Positions 19,965 through 29,271 of a DNA stretch of 29,271 nt are shown piece after piece. How positions within the stretch are numbered: position 1 is the first letter of the stretch; each line of letters opens with the position of its first letter. The stretch is taken from the NCBI RefSeq assembly GCF_006345805.1, contig NW_021832947.1, positions 1-29,271 of the forward strand, given 5' to 3'. Source of the stretch: Octopus sinensis (lineage: Eukaryota). Both the position numbers and the translations under genes were made by a program. Below the pieces are notes generated by a model. It was not told where the DNA came from, ran no database searches, and was given only the letters and a program-made list of their open reading frames with translations.

Positions 19965-20079
19965 GAGTCAATGTGGTTCACTGGTTCACCATTTTCATGC
20001 ATGGAGACTTCAAACCAAACAATGCTGCAGAACAGAAGCAGAGGTCTTCCTTTGATTCCCCATCATCACAAACATCAAA
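19965..20079 (+). CDS. Candidate host-gene exon (unidentified protein)
   Basis: tttccatatacAG acceptor and GTAAGC donor. Two frames are open, one reading VNVVHWFTIFMHGDFKPNNAAEQKQRSSFDSPSSQTS. No protein recognised. Confidence 0.35.
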
Positions 20080-20327
20080 GTAAGCTATGCTTTTTTTGTT
20101 TGTTTTTTTTCTCCTTTTTATTCAGTTCAAGGGAAATATAGTATATCATTCTTGAGAAATCAAAATTGGTAAGAAGGTAACTCACATCCCAAAACAGGAA
20201 CAGAAATTTGAAACAAAAATTTGAAACAAAAGAAGGAAAAAATATGAATGCTAGATTGATTTCTAATAAAAGGAAGGAAGTTGAGAGAAGGGAAGATTAT
20301 TGTACTGTTGTTGACTTTCTTTACAAG

Positions 20328-20404
20328 TCTTTTCCACCTTGCTAACCTGATAGACAGCATGGCTCCCAGGCAAGGGAAACACAGTAACAGTCCTAGAGAT
20401 ATTA
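20328..20404 (+). CDS. Candidate host-gene exon; 3' boundary uncertain (20404, 20408 or 20445)
   Basis: ttgactttctttacaAG acceptor. The only open frame (LFHLANLIDSMAPRQGKHSNSPRDI) needs a phase-2 upstream donor, which the 19965-20079 exon supplies. Confidence 0.3.
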
Positions 20405-20774
20405 GTAGGTGCCTTGTGCTACTAGTTTTGGCCAACCCAATTAATGTATGTATGTATGTGTACATACGTACGTGTGCGCGTGTGCATGTGTATGAATGTA
20501 TGTATATATGTATGTATGTGTGTGTGTGTATGAGTTTATTTATACATACAAACACATACATACACACACTTGTATATACACAAACACAATGTGTGTGTGT
20601 GTGTGGTGTGTGTTTTTGTGTCAACAGATAGACAGACAGGTAGATAGATCAATAGATAGACAGATAAATACATAGTTATAAGCACATTGATATTTATGCA
20701 CACACACACATATATGCCATATACATATGTATGCACATGCACATACTGTGTTATAATATACGTGTGAGCATGCG

Positions 20775-20872
20775 ACATACACCCTGGCCTTAGCAGCCCT
20801 GCTCAAACAGTCCAGCCATGCCACCATGGACAATGAATGTCAATGAATGTTAAATGATGATAATGATGATAT
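20775..20872 (+). mobile_element. RTE 3'-tail fragment, diverged
   Basis: aaacagtccagccatgccaccatgg...gttaaatgatgataatgatgat resembles 4620-4685. Confidence 0.6.
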
Positions 20873-20904
20873 ATCTATCTATCTCTCTATCTATGTGTGT
20901 ATAC

Positions 20905-20941
<37 letters not shown>

Positions 20942-21162
20942 ATTGTGTGTGTGTGTGTGTCTGTTTATGTATGTATATATATATATATATTGTGGTGTGT
21001 GTCTGTGTATGTATGTATACATATATATATTGTATGTGTGTCTGTGTATATATGTGTATATATATATATATATATATAATATATTATAGATAGATAGATA
21101 GATGGATATGTATGTGTCTATGTGTGTCTGTATATATATGTATATATATATATAAATATACC

Positions 21163-21193
<31 letters not shown>

Positions 21194-21290
21194 GTATGTA
21201 TATATATACACACCACACGCATACATATATATATGTATATTATATATAAGCTTACATACACACACACACACATATATACATACATACACT
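20873..21290. repeat. Compound (TA)/(TG)/(TAGA) microsatellite
   Basis: Direct reading. Confidence 0.9.
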
Positions 21291-21410
21291 CACACCCATT
21301 TTTAGATGTATATGAACTGCACAGATTCACTAAAATTTATTTAATGATAGAAATTGCGGATAAAAAAAAAGAAAAAGGGAACAACAAGAGCCAAGACTAA
21401 AATTGACCAG

Positions 21411-21521
21411 GGTGTGGCACCTTTGCTAATGGTGGATGGATTAACATGCAACATTTTGCATCCAGTTCAGATGGAGCTATTGATTTTGTGGGTGCAGTCA
21501 ATGGTATTAAGTATTATTAGT
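21411..21521 (+). CDS. Weak candidate host exon
   Basis: Unique island between microsatellites. Two frames are open (CGTFANGGWINMQHFASSSDGAIDFVGAVNG or GVAPLLMVDGLTCNILHPVQMELLILWVQSMVLSIIS) and a GTAAGC donor lies at 21522, but the acceptor has no pyrimidine tract. Confidence 0.2.
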
Positions 21522-21639
21522 GTAAGCTGTGTTTCAATTTTTTAGTTATCATTCAGCATCCAATGAAACGGCTATGTGCTTTATTGTTTGTAGGTTTATA
21601 TGTGTACGCCTTACATATGTGTTAGTTTGTGTTGTGTGT

Positions 21640-21653
21640 GTGTGCATATACAT

Positions 21654-21684
<31 letters not shown>

Positions 21685-22376
21685 CTATATATATATATTA
21701 TATATATATATATATATATAATATATAATATATATAGATATATATATGTATATATATATGTATGCATGTATATATATATATATATATAAATGTGTATGTA
21801 TGTATATATTATATATGTGTGTATGTATGTATATATATATATATATATAATGTGTATGTATGTATATATATATATATGTGTTGTATGTATGTATATATAT
21901 CTATATATATATATATATAATATATATATATATGTATGTTATATATAATATTATATATATATATATATGTTATGTATGTGTGTGGTATTTATATCAGAGT
22001 AGTCAAAAGATTATGCAATAATGCATTTCACCTCATCTGTTTCATGTGTGTATAATATATATATATATAATATATATTATATATATATATATATACAAAC
22101 ACACACAAAATATATATATACATGTATGCATGTATATATATATACACATACATATATACTTGTATATACATACACACCCACACATATATATATAGACATG
22201 TATGTCTATATATAAATATATATATATTTATGTATGTATATTTATATATATATATATTATATATATATATATATAGTAATGTATGTATATATATATATAT
22301 ACATACATATATACACACATACGTGTATACATATATATACATTGATGTATATATATATGTGTGTGTGTGTATATAC

Positions 22377-22413
<37 letters not shown>

Positions 22414-22640
22414 AATATATAAATACATAAATACATACATGTGTATATAAATGTATATATATATACTTACGTAACATATGCATATATGTATGCATACATG
22501 CTTGTATATATATATATATACATACATATACATATGTAGGTACATATGTATATACATGCATATATATATATATATATATGTTATGTATACATACACACAC
22601 ACACACACACCGACACATACATACACACACACACACACAT
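21640..22640. repeat. ~1-kb compound (TA)-rich microsatellite
   Basis: Direct reading, with a short unique interruption near 21990-22045. Confidence 0.92.
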
Positions 22641-22779
22641 ATGTATATTGATCAGTCGATAGATTAATTGATTTACTGATTGATTACATGAAACATGTAT
22701 CACACTAACACATTATAGGGCAGAAAGAAATGAAATAAAAGTCCATAATACAAATTTATCATCTTCCTCACAATCAATG

Positions 22780-23690
22780 TGACCAGCATCATCATCATCA
22801 CCACCAACACCACCAACACTGCCATCATCAGCAGCATCACCAAAATCATCAACATCCTTGTCACCAAAATAATAATGATAATAGCCATCATCACCACTGC
22901 TATAGCTAACCTCAGGGTGCTGGACTCATCATCACCATCATCACCACCATCCTCTTTATTAACACTGCTACCACCATCAATGTCATCATCATCATCATCA
23001 CTATTATCATCATCATGAACATCACCAGCACATTTCTCCTCTTTAAATCTGTAATTATTCCTATCATCATCATCATCATCATCAATACCAAAAGAAGCAG
23101 TACCGGCTTTGCTATCAACATTCTAAATGCCATAATTGTGGCTCATATTGTCTTCAGCAGCATCACTACGGTAATCACTTTTGTTTATGACCACCACCAC
23201 ACCACCACAACCATTATCCTTTCATATATCTCATCACTGCCAACACCAACACCACCACCACCACCATGAACATCAGCCCCACCGCTACTACAATCACTAC
23301 GGCCACAAGAAAAATGATCATCAGTACCAAAGCCAAACCACTGATACAATGACCACCACTACCTACACTACCACCACCACCACCACCACCACCACCACCA
23401 CCATCACTATCAACACCACAATGTCATCATCATCATCATCACCCACAACTTTACCATCAAACACTACAACCAATGTCATTCATTAGTCACATCATTCTCT
23501 TTCATCATTTTTGGTTTTTGTTATCACCAACATCAATATCATTGTGCCAAACTCCATCATCATCATCACCATGGCTATTATCATCAACATTGTTATCATC
23601 ACAAAACTATACTATCATTAGGCAATACTATCATCATCATCATCATCATCATTGTTTTCGTCATCAGGATTAAAAACAATTTCATCATCC
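22780..23690. repeat. Degenerate (CAT)/(CAC) triplet-repeat tract
   Basis: Direct reading. Confidence 0.88.
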
Positions 23691-24049
23691 AACGTTTAAC
23701 ACCTGTTTCATTAGCATGGTGTAAACGCAGTATTGATATTTTCGAACGAACCTGTTAAGTGACTTTTGCTTCACCTTTTATCAAGATGTGGATGCATAGA
23801 AGTGTTTGTGTGTGCATGTGTGTGTGTGTGTGTATGGGTGGGTTAGTGTGAGGTGAGTAAGTGTGTGTGTGTTAGTGTGGTTGTAAATGTACATGGATAT
23901 ATGGATATATGTAAGCAGTGATGAGTGTATGTGTGTGTATGTATATATATATTTATATATATATAAAATATATATACACATACATACATATGAACATGTA
24001 TATCCCTATCTTTATCAGTTTATATATATTTATAAAAATGTACAATATA

Positions 24050-24050
<1 letters not shown>

Positions 24051-24082
<32 letters not shown>

Positions 24083-24705
24083 TGTGTACAGTGCTCAGGT
24101 GCACTACAACTCATCTAAAGTGTATATATAATCAGGTGTAGTTTCGATGGATTTCGGGAAGCATGAGGGCCTTAAAGGATGCAGTGTCATGGCAGTCAAC
24201 AACTGATGCAGGCAGTTTATTCCACGCTTCAGCAACCCTGAGCGTGAAAAAATGTTTCCGAAAGTCATGGGAGCTGTGCTGTTTTCTGACTTTGTAGGCA
24301 TGTCCACGTGTGTTAGACACATGGAGATCAAAGGTGTTCAGTGTTGTTGTTGGTGAGGTGGTTGATAACCTTGTGGGTGTTTACCAAGTCCGTCGCTAGA
24401 CGCTGGAGCTTCAGTGAATCCATGCCCAGGGAAACAAGGCGCTCAGAATATGGTAGGTGTCTGATGGAGGGTATGCGTTTGGTTGCACGTCTCTGGACAG
24501 ATTCCAGGAGGTCAATGTTCTGAGCAAGATAGGGATTCCAAACTGATGATGCGAATTCCAAGTGTGGTCGTACCATAGCTGTATACAGTTTTAAATAGAT
24601 GGCTGGAGAGCGGCTAACAAAAGTCTTGCTGAGTGATGCCAAGACACCCTCGGCCTTCTTGACAATTTTAGAGATATGCTTTGTCCAACGCAAATCACTG
24701 CTGGT
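24051..24705 (-). mobile_element. CR1-like LINE 3' fragment (ORF2 C-terminus) with (ATT)n tail
   Basis: SDLRWTKHI...VRPHLEFASSVWNPY...LESVQRRATK...FRKHFFTLRVAEAWNKLP, with one frameshift in a T run at ~24330. A different family from the 10.5-14.2 kb LINE. Confidence 0.9.
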
Positions 24706-24969
24706 TAAACTAAACCACTGAATGTATACTGTGTGTCCACATACACACACACATGCATACGAATCCATTCTTATATATGAAAATGCATGTGTGAGTATAT
24801 ATATATGAAAACTATACATATCTATATACATACACACACACACATCCATGTGTATGTGTGTATACACATATGTGCGTGTGTATATAAATAAGATGGAATG
24901 AGCTTTGGTCATAGGAGATGGTTAGAATTTTCTCAAATATGTGTATACTATGTGAATGTATCTGGGGAG

Positions 24970-25121
24970 ATTGGTGTTAGGAAGGGTATCCAGCTGTAAG
25001 AGCCCTGTCAAGAAAAAAAAAAGGGAGTGAAGCTTGGTTCAGCCATCAGCCTACCCAGTCCCTGTCAAACCATCCAACCCATGCCAGCATGGAAAGCAGA
25101 CATTAAATGATGATGATGATT
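24970..25121 (+). mobile_element. RTE 3'-tail fragment
   Basis: ggtgttaggaagggtatccagctgta...ccaacccatgccagcatggaaagcagacattaaa(tga)n. Confidence 0.8.
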
Positions 25122-25592
25122 GATGATACACACACACATTATAACTAAAAGGCTCTGATTTCCAATACCCGGAGCTGCTTGTTCCAATCATCAGCTGATA
25201 AACTAAGCCTAGTTTTCTTTTGAAAAATCCACATATTTTTTCAGAAATATGAAATGAAAGTTTGAAGGAGACACTTAGCTTCAAGTTCTTTCATTTAAAA
25301 ACCTTTGCAAACAGCACATGCAAAAATGACTGCTTCAATCTCACATTTTTGGCTTCCTTTCTGGTTCTCATGGTAATATTGTAAACGTCATAAAACTTCA
25401 TACAGTCAAAGCTATGAAATTGTATAGTTGTTTAAGTAATGTTCCAAAATAATACTTTTAAGTAATACTTTTAGTCAATGTTTTTAAAAGCAATGTGTTT
25501 GTGTGTGAGTATTTATTTTGTATGTGCTTGTGCATACATATAAACACATGTTTGTTCACAGATGCAAATATGTACACAGTATTATATATTCA

Positions 25593-25643
<51 letters not shown>

Positions 25644-25730
25644 GCTTATATACATATACACACATATTAAAACATATATCAATAAAACCTATTAGTTAAA
25701 ACATTTCATAAACTAATGTTTCTTTTTCTC

Positions 25731-26022
25731 AAGCACCATCCAATCGTGGCCGTTGCCAGCCTCGCCTGGACCCCCGTGCCGGTGGCATGTAAAAAGCACC
25801 ATCTGTCCGTGGCCGTTTGCCAGCTCCGTCTGGCACCTGTGCGGGTGGCACGTAAAAAGCACCCACTACACTCACGGAGTGGTTGGCGTTAGGAAGGGCA
25901 TCCAGCCGTAGAAACACTGCCAGATCAGACTGGGCCTGATGCAGCCTTCTGGCTTCACAGACCCCAGTTGAACCGTCCAACCCATGCTAGCATGGAAAGC
26001 GGACGCTAAATGATGATGATGA
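25731..26022 (+). mobile_element. RTE 3'-UTR fragment, young, with two ~58-bp units and tail
   Basis: Highly similar to 4390-4685. Confidence 0.9.
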
Positions 26023-26059
26023 ATGTAATTCAAGGAAGCTAGTATTTACATAAAAGTTA

Positions 26060-26620
26060 CTTAGCCACATGCATACAAGGCATAAACAGTTCATTTCTTG
26101 TTTTCAAATTATTTGTGCTTTGAGTCAAAATTCTCAGTATTTTGCTCAAAGCTCACACTGTATCTTTGATTTAAAGCTCCAATTCCTCTAAAATTGAACA
26201 TTATCATCAATAGACAACGTAAATTTTGAATTCATGAGGACTTGTCTCACATAAGAACCATATAAACTTTAACAAAGCTATAGCACATTTTCTGTCAGGG
26301 CTGACAAATGAATGTTTATGCCTGTAATAATGGGTTTTGAACATGAGTTCTGCTGCTCCAATATATGCTTTAGGTTGATCACTACTGTTTGATTCAACCT
26401 TTGCACTGTATGCTATTGACTTTGCCAGATAGTTACCATCTAGTGGACAGTCCTCCCGAATTCTACAGTTGCACAATCTTTGGGCTAGCTGTTTCTATCT
26501 CTCTTCTATTCAGCTTCCCAGTATAATTAACCTCTGATGTAACACCTGAAATTCTTGCAAGCTAAACAGCTAACCTTTTTTATATGTCAACTTCTGTCTG
26601 ATAATAAATGTTCAACTTGT
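26060..26620 (-). mobile_element. Degraded Penelope-like element, GIY-YIG endonuclease C-terminal region
   Basis: CNCRIREDCPLDGNYLAKSIAYSAKV...AYIGAAELMFKTHYYRHKHSF...FIW, and further downstream LKTRNELFMPCMH, matching the PLE endonuclease pattern CNC..CPL.G.CL...Y.A.V...YIG...FK.R...H..SF. A different lineage from the 16.8-19.2 kb element. Confidence 0.8.
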
Positions 26621-26889
26621 TTGAGCACCTTGAAACTTATAGTAACAACACAGAGACAAGATAAAAAAAAAATTTATAATTAACTTTACATTCATTATAT
26701 TGAGTACTCACTACTTTGACATATTCATCTCATACACACATTTATTTACATACATCATTATCATTAATTTTAACAATTATTTTCTTTTCCCTTTTTCATG
26801 TTGATATCTTCTATACAGTTCTGCTGGATAATAAATGGCAAATTGTATGAGTCCCACTAATATGGGACTAAACATAAGAAAATCCAAAC

Positions 26890-27200
26890 CTACCACTCGT
26901 CTATTCTTCCTTGGTTTTCATCCATAAACAAGACATGATATTATTTCACCTCTTAGAACTTATTATTTATTAGCATCACATATTCCATACCACCTCACTG
27001 CAGCATATACCTCCAATACCTAACTATTTAATAAGCTAACTTGTGCTTTGACTATGAAGCAAGTCAATGTAACACATCCAATGGATTATACTCACCTCCT
27101 TTCTCTTCAGGACTTCACAATCAAGGTTCACATTTTGTACAATGGCCACTTTTTCCCTCCACTTTGAATATATAAACTTCACTACAACCACAAATTATCC
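26890..27200 (-). mobile_element. Very old RTE-like ORF2 C-terminal remnant
   Basis: The minus strand gives IHWMCYI (cf. LRWMCNV), RWYG.V and KPRK..DE.V in the same order as the RTE at 2700-2945. Confidence 0.6.
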
Positions 27201-28584
27201 CACTACTTATGTATGTTTTCAAATAAAACCCTGGAAACTATTATAAAATGTACACCTCACATTTTCTGTTGATATTTCATCTGCATCCCAAAGCCTAACC
27301 TTCCTATTCATAGCCTGATCAGTCATTCACTCTCTAAAAATACTTGAGTACTACCCCTAATCTAGGATGGTTCAACTGTTATACAGACACATACATCTAA
27401 AGCCACACATCCAGAAGAGAGTTGCCAAGATCATTAACAAGATCCCACTCATCAATACACTATAACTAGTGATTTACTAACATGTTATCTTCCCTCTCTG
27501 CTTATTATACTGCCACTACAATGGCCCCTGTCCTTCTGAATTTACTCATTGTATAATTGGATGCTGATCCTCAGAAGTAGCAAGCTTCGTAACCAGTTCC
27601 CCTAAGCCTATCTGATATGTCCATCTCTCAATTCCTTATTACTTCTAACCAATGTTCCCTTTAATTATTTGGTTGTGGAGAGGTGCAGAAATTTGCATTG
27701 TGTACAAATTTTGTTTTATTTTGGATATCAACTTACAGATACTGGAATCAATTTATAGGGTTTTAGAGACTCTGCAATAACTACGGAATTCACCTTTTCT
27801 GACTGACAATTATAATATAACAATGATAATATAATATATTAATGATAAGCTTATTGCATACAGAACTGAGGTGCACCACAACTTGTCAGATAAGGAAACA
27901 GAAAACAGCAATAAATCAAACTAAGAAAGACAGCAACAAACACACACATATGTGTGCATACACACCCACACACCCACCCACACACACACACACACATTAT
28001 TACATTGTCCAATATGTACTTTTATAGATGATTTGTGTAAAGTTTGACTGTTAATTTCAGTTGGACAGGCAACTGAGTAAAAACAGTTTCATTGGTTTGA
28101 GCTGTAGGAAGTCATTAGCACCATTAGCAACAAAGAGTTTTCTTCCACTTGGAAATGGCAGACAGATTTTTATCTTTATGGCTTTAAGTGAATTTAAGTA
28201 AAACTAGACTGAAGACAAATTCTTGTGGCAACAGATGTTAAAACTAATTTAGAACAAATTATGTTCACAATATATTAGTGTTTGTAGTCAGTATACTCCT
28301 GCGAAAAGATCAACAGTTCATAAAACTATTATGGCAAGGGACAGAGCTGTATAAACATGGAGAAAGGACAAGCTCCTGGAAAGAATGACTAAACAACAAA
28401 TAGAAGACTAAGAGGAATAAATTCAAAAGCTACAATTCCAAAAATTGGGACCAAAGCAAATTCTTCTGATGGAGAGTAAATGATATGCAGAAAAAGGAAG
28501 AAAGATGGTGAAAATGTTGATGGAAATAACCCAAAGATAGAAGGTTGGTGTCATCTGTATAGAATCAAACACAGTGCCTTGTAA

Positions 28585-28793
28585 AATGCATCTGTGCCAG
28601 TCCACATAAAGGGCACCCATACTGGTCCATAAAGGAAGCACCCAGTACACTCTGTAAAGTGGTTGGTGTTAGGAAGAGCATCCAGCTGTAGAAACTAAGT
28701 GAAATCAGACTGGAACCTGGTGCAGCTCTCTGGTCAAACAGTTCAACCCATGCCAGCATGGAAAACGGACGTTAAATGATGATGATGATGATG
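28585..28793 (+). mobile_element. RTE 3'-tail fragment, diverged
   Basis: agcacccagtacactctgtaaagtggttggtgttaggaagagcatccagctgtagaaac...cccatgccagcatggaaaacggacgttaaa(tga)n. Confidence 0.85.
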
Positions 28794-28817
28794 TTTAAAT
28801 CTCATCAGTGATGACTT

Positions 28818-28925
28818 TGCCTATCAACCTTGTGGGGAACAATAAAATAAGTGCCAACCAAGTGCCAGGGTTGATTAAACCAACCATATTCTCCCCAGGA
28901 AATTTGTGGCCTTGATGTGCCTGGT
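28818..28925 (+). mobile_element. SINE family A body fragment, old
   Basis: gactttgcctatcaacc...aaaataagtgcc...gaaatttgtggccttg aligns to the reverse complement of the 5660-5790 and 6100-6220 copies. Confidence 0.55.
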
Positions 28926-29169
28926 ACTTGTGTGGAAAATGGTAAACAAAATAAACAGCCACATAAAGACAATCATAACTCATTTATTGCAAAAAAACAA
29001 GGAGCAAGAGATACACACACGTCACAGGGCTTTTCTATCTCACTCATAAATAAATGGATTTCTGTGTCAAAGAGGGAGACTCTGTGTGTCAACGACCAAT
29101 AAAATAGCAGTCAAATCTCCATTATATCACACTCTGCCATCTTAAAAACTAAATGATTCCATTTAGGTG

Positions 29170-29271
29170 TAGACGTGGCTGTGTGATAGGAAGCTTGCTT
29201 TCCAGCCACATGGTTCGGGTTCAATCTAGACTGCATGGCACATTGGGCAAGTGTCTTCTACTATAGCCTTG
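29170..29271 (+). mobile_element. SINE family B head, cut by the window edge
   Basis: gtggctgtgtgataggaagcttgc...ggcacattgggcaagtgtcttctactatagcc. Confidence 0.85.

Noticed and set aside
27096-27230. Minus-strand AG|GTGAGT donor and tttccag acceptor
   Set aside because: All three frames between them contain stops, and the sequence is an old RTE remnant.

Overview
AT-rich, repeat-saturated metazoan DNA. From the repeat families and (TA)n load it is most likely an Octopus intron or intergenic region; this is an inference, not a database result. No intact host gene is recognisable, and most ORFs in the supplied track are microsatellite translations. The window is a pile of retroelements, many sitting between (TA)n tracts. 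(1) A 5'-truncated RTE-clade LINE (+, 1390-4685) whose 3' UTR is a three-level tandem array. (2) A young CR1-group LINE (-, 10527-14189) with a CCCH-finger ORF1 and an APE-RT ORF2. (3) A Gypsy-like RT/RNase H fragment abutting a Neptune-type Penelope-like element (PLE). (4) A second PLE GIY-YIG remnant, two short CR1 fragments and an old RTE fragment. (5) At least 13 copies or fragments of three tRNA-type SINE families. The strongest unannotated signals are three different minimal type-I hammerhead ribozyme (HHR) motifs in PLE terminal repeats. One is canonical (19425-19467, -), one has a reciprocal C3G/G8C core swap (227-270, -) and one has A6U (19039-19080, +). Two of them lie in or within long inverted repeats. 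A second signal is a 39-nt 3' motif with a covarying stem-loop shared by the CR1-group LINE and one SINE family. A weak set of phase-compatible candidate host exons lies at 19965-21521 (+).
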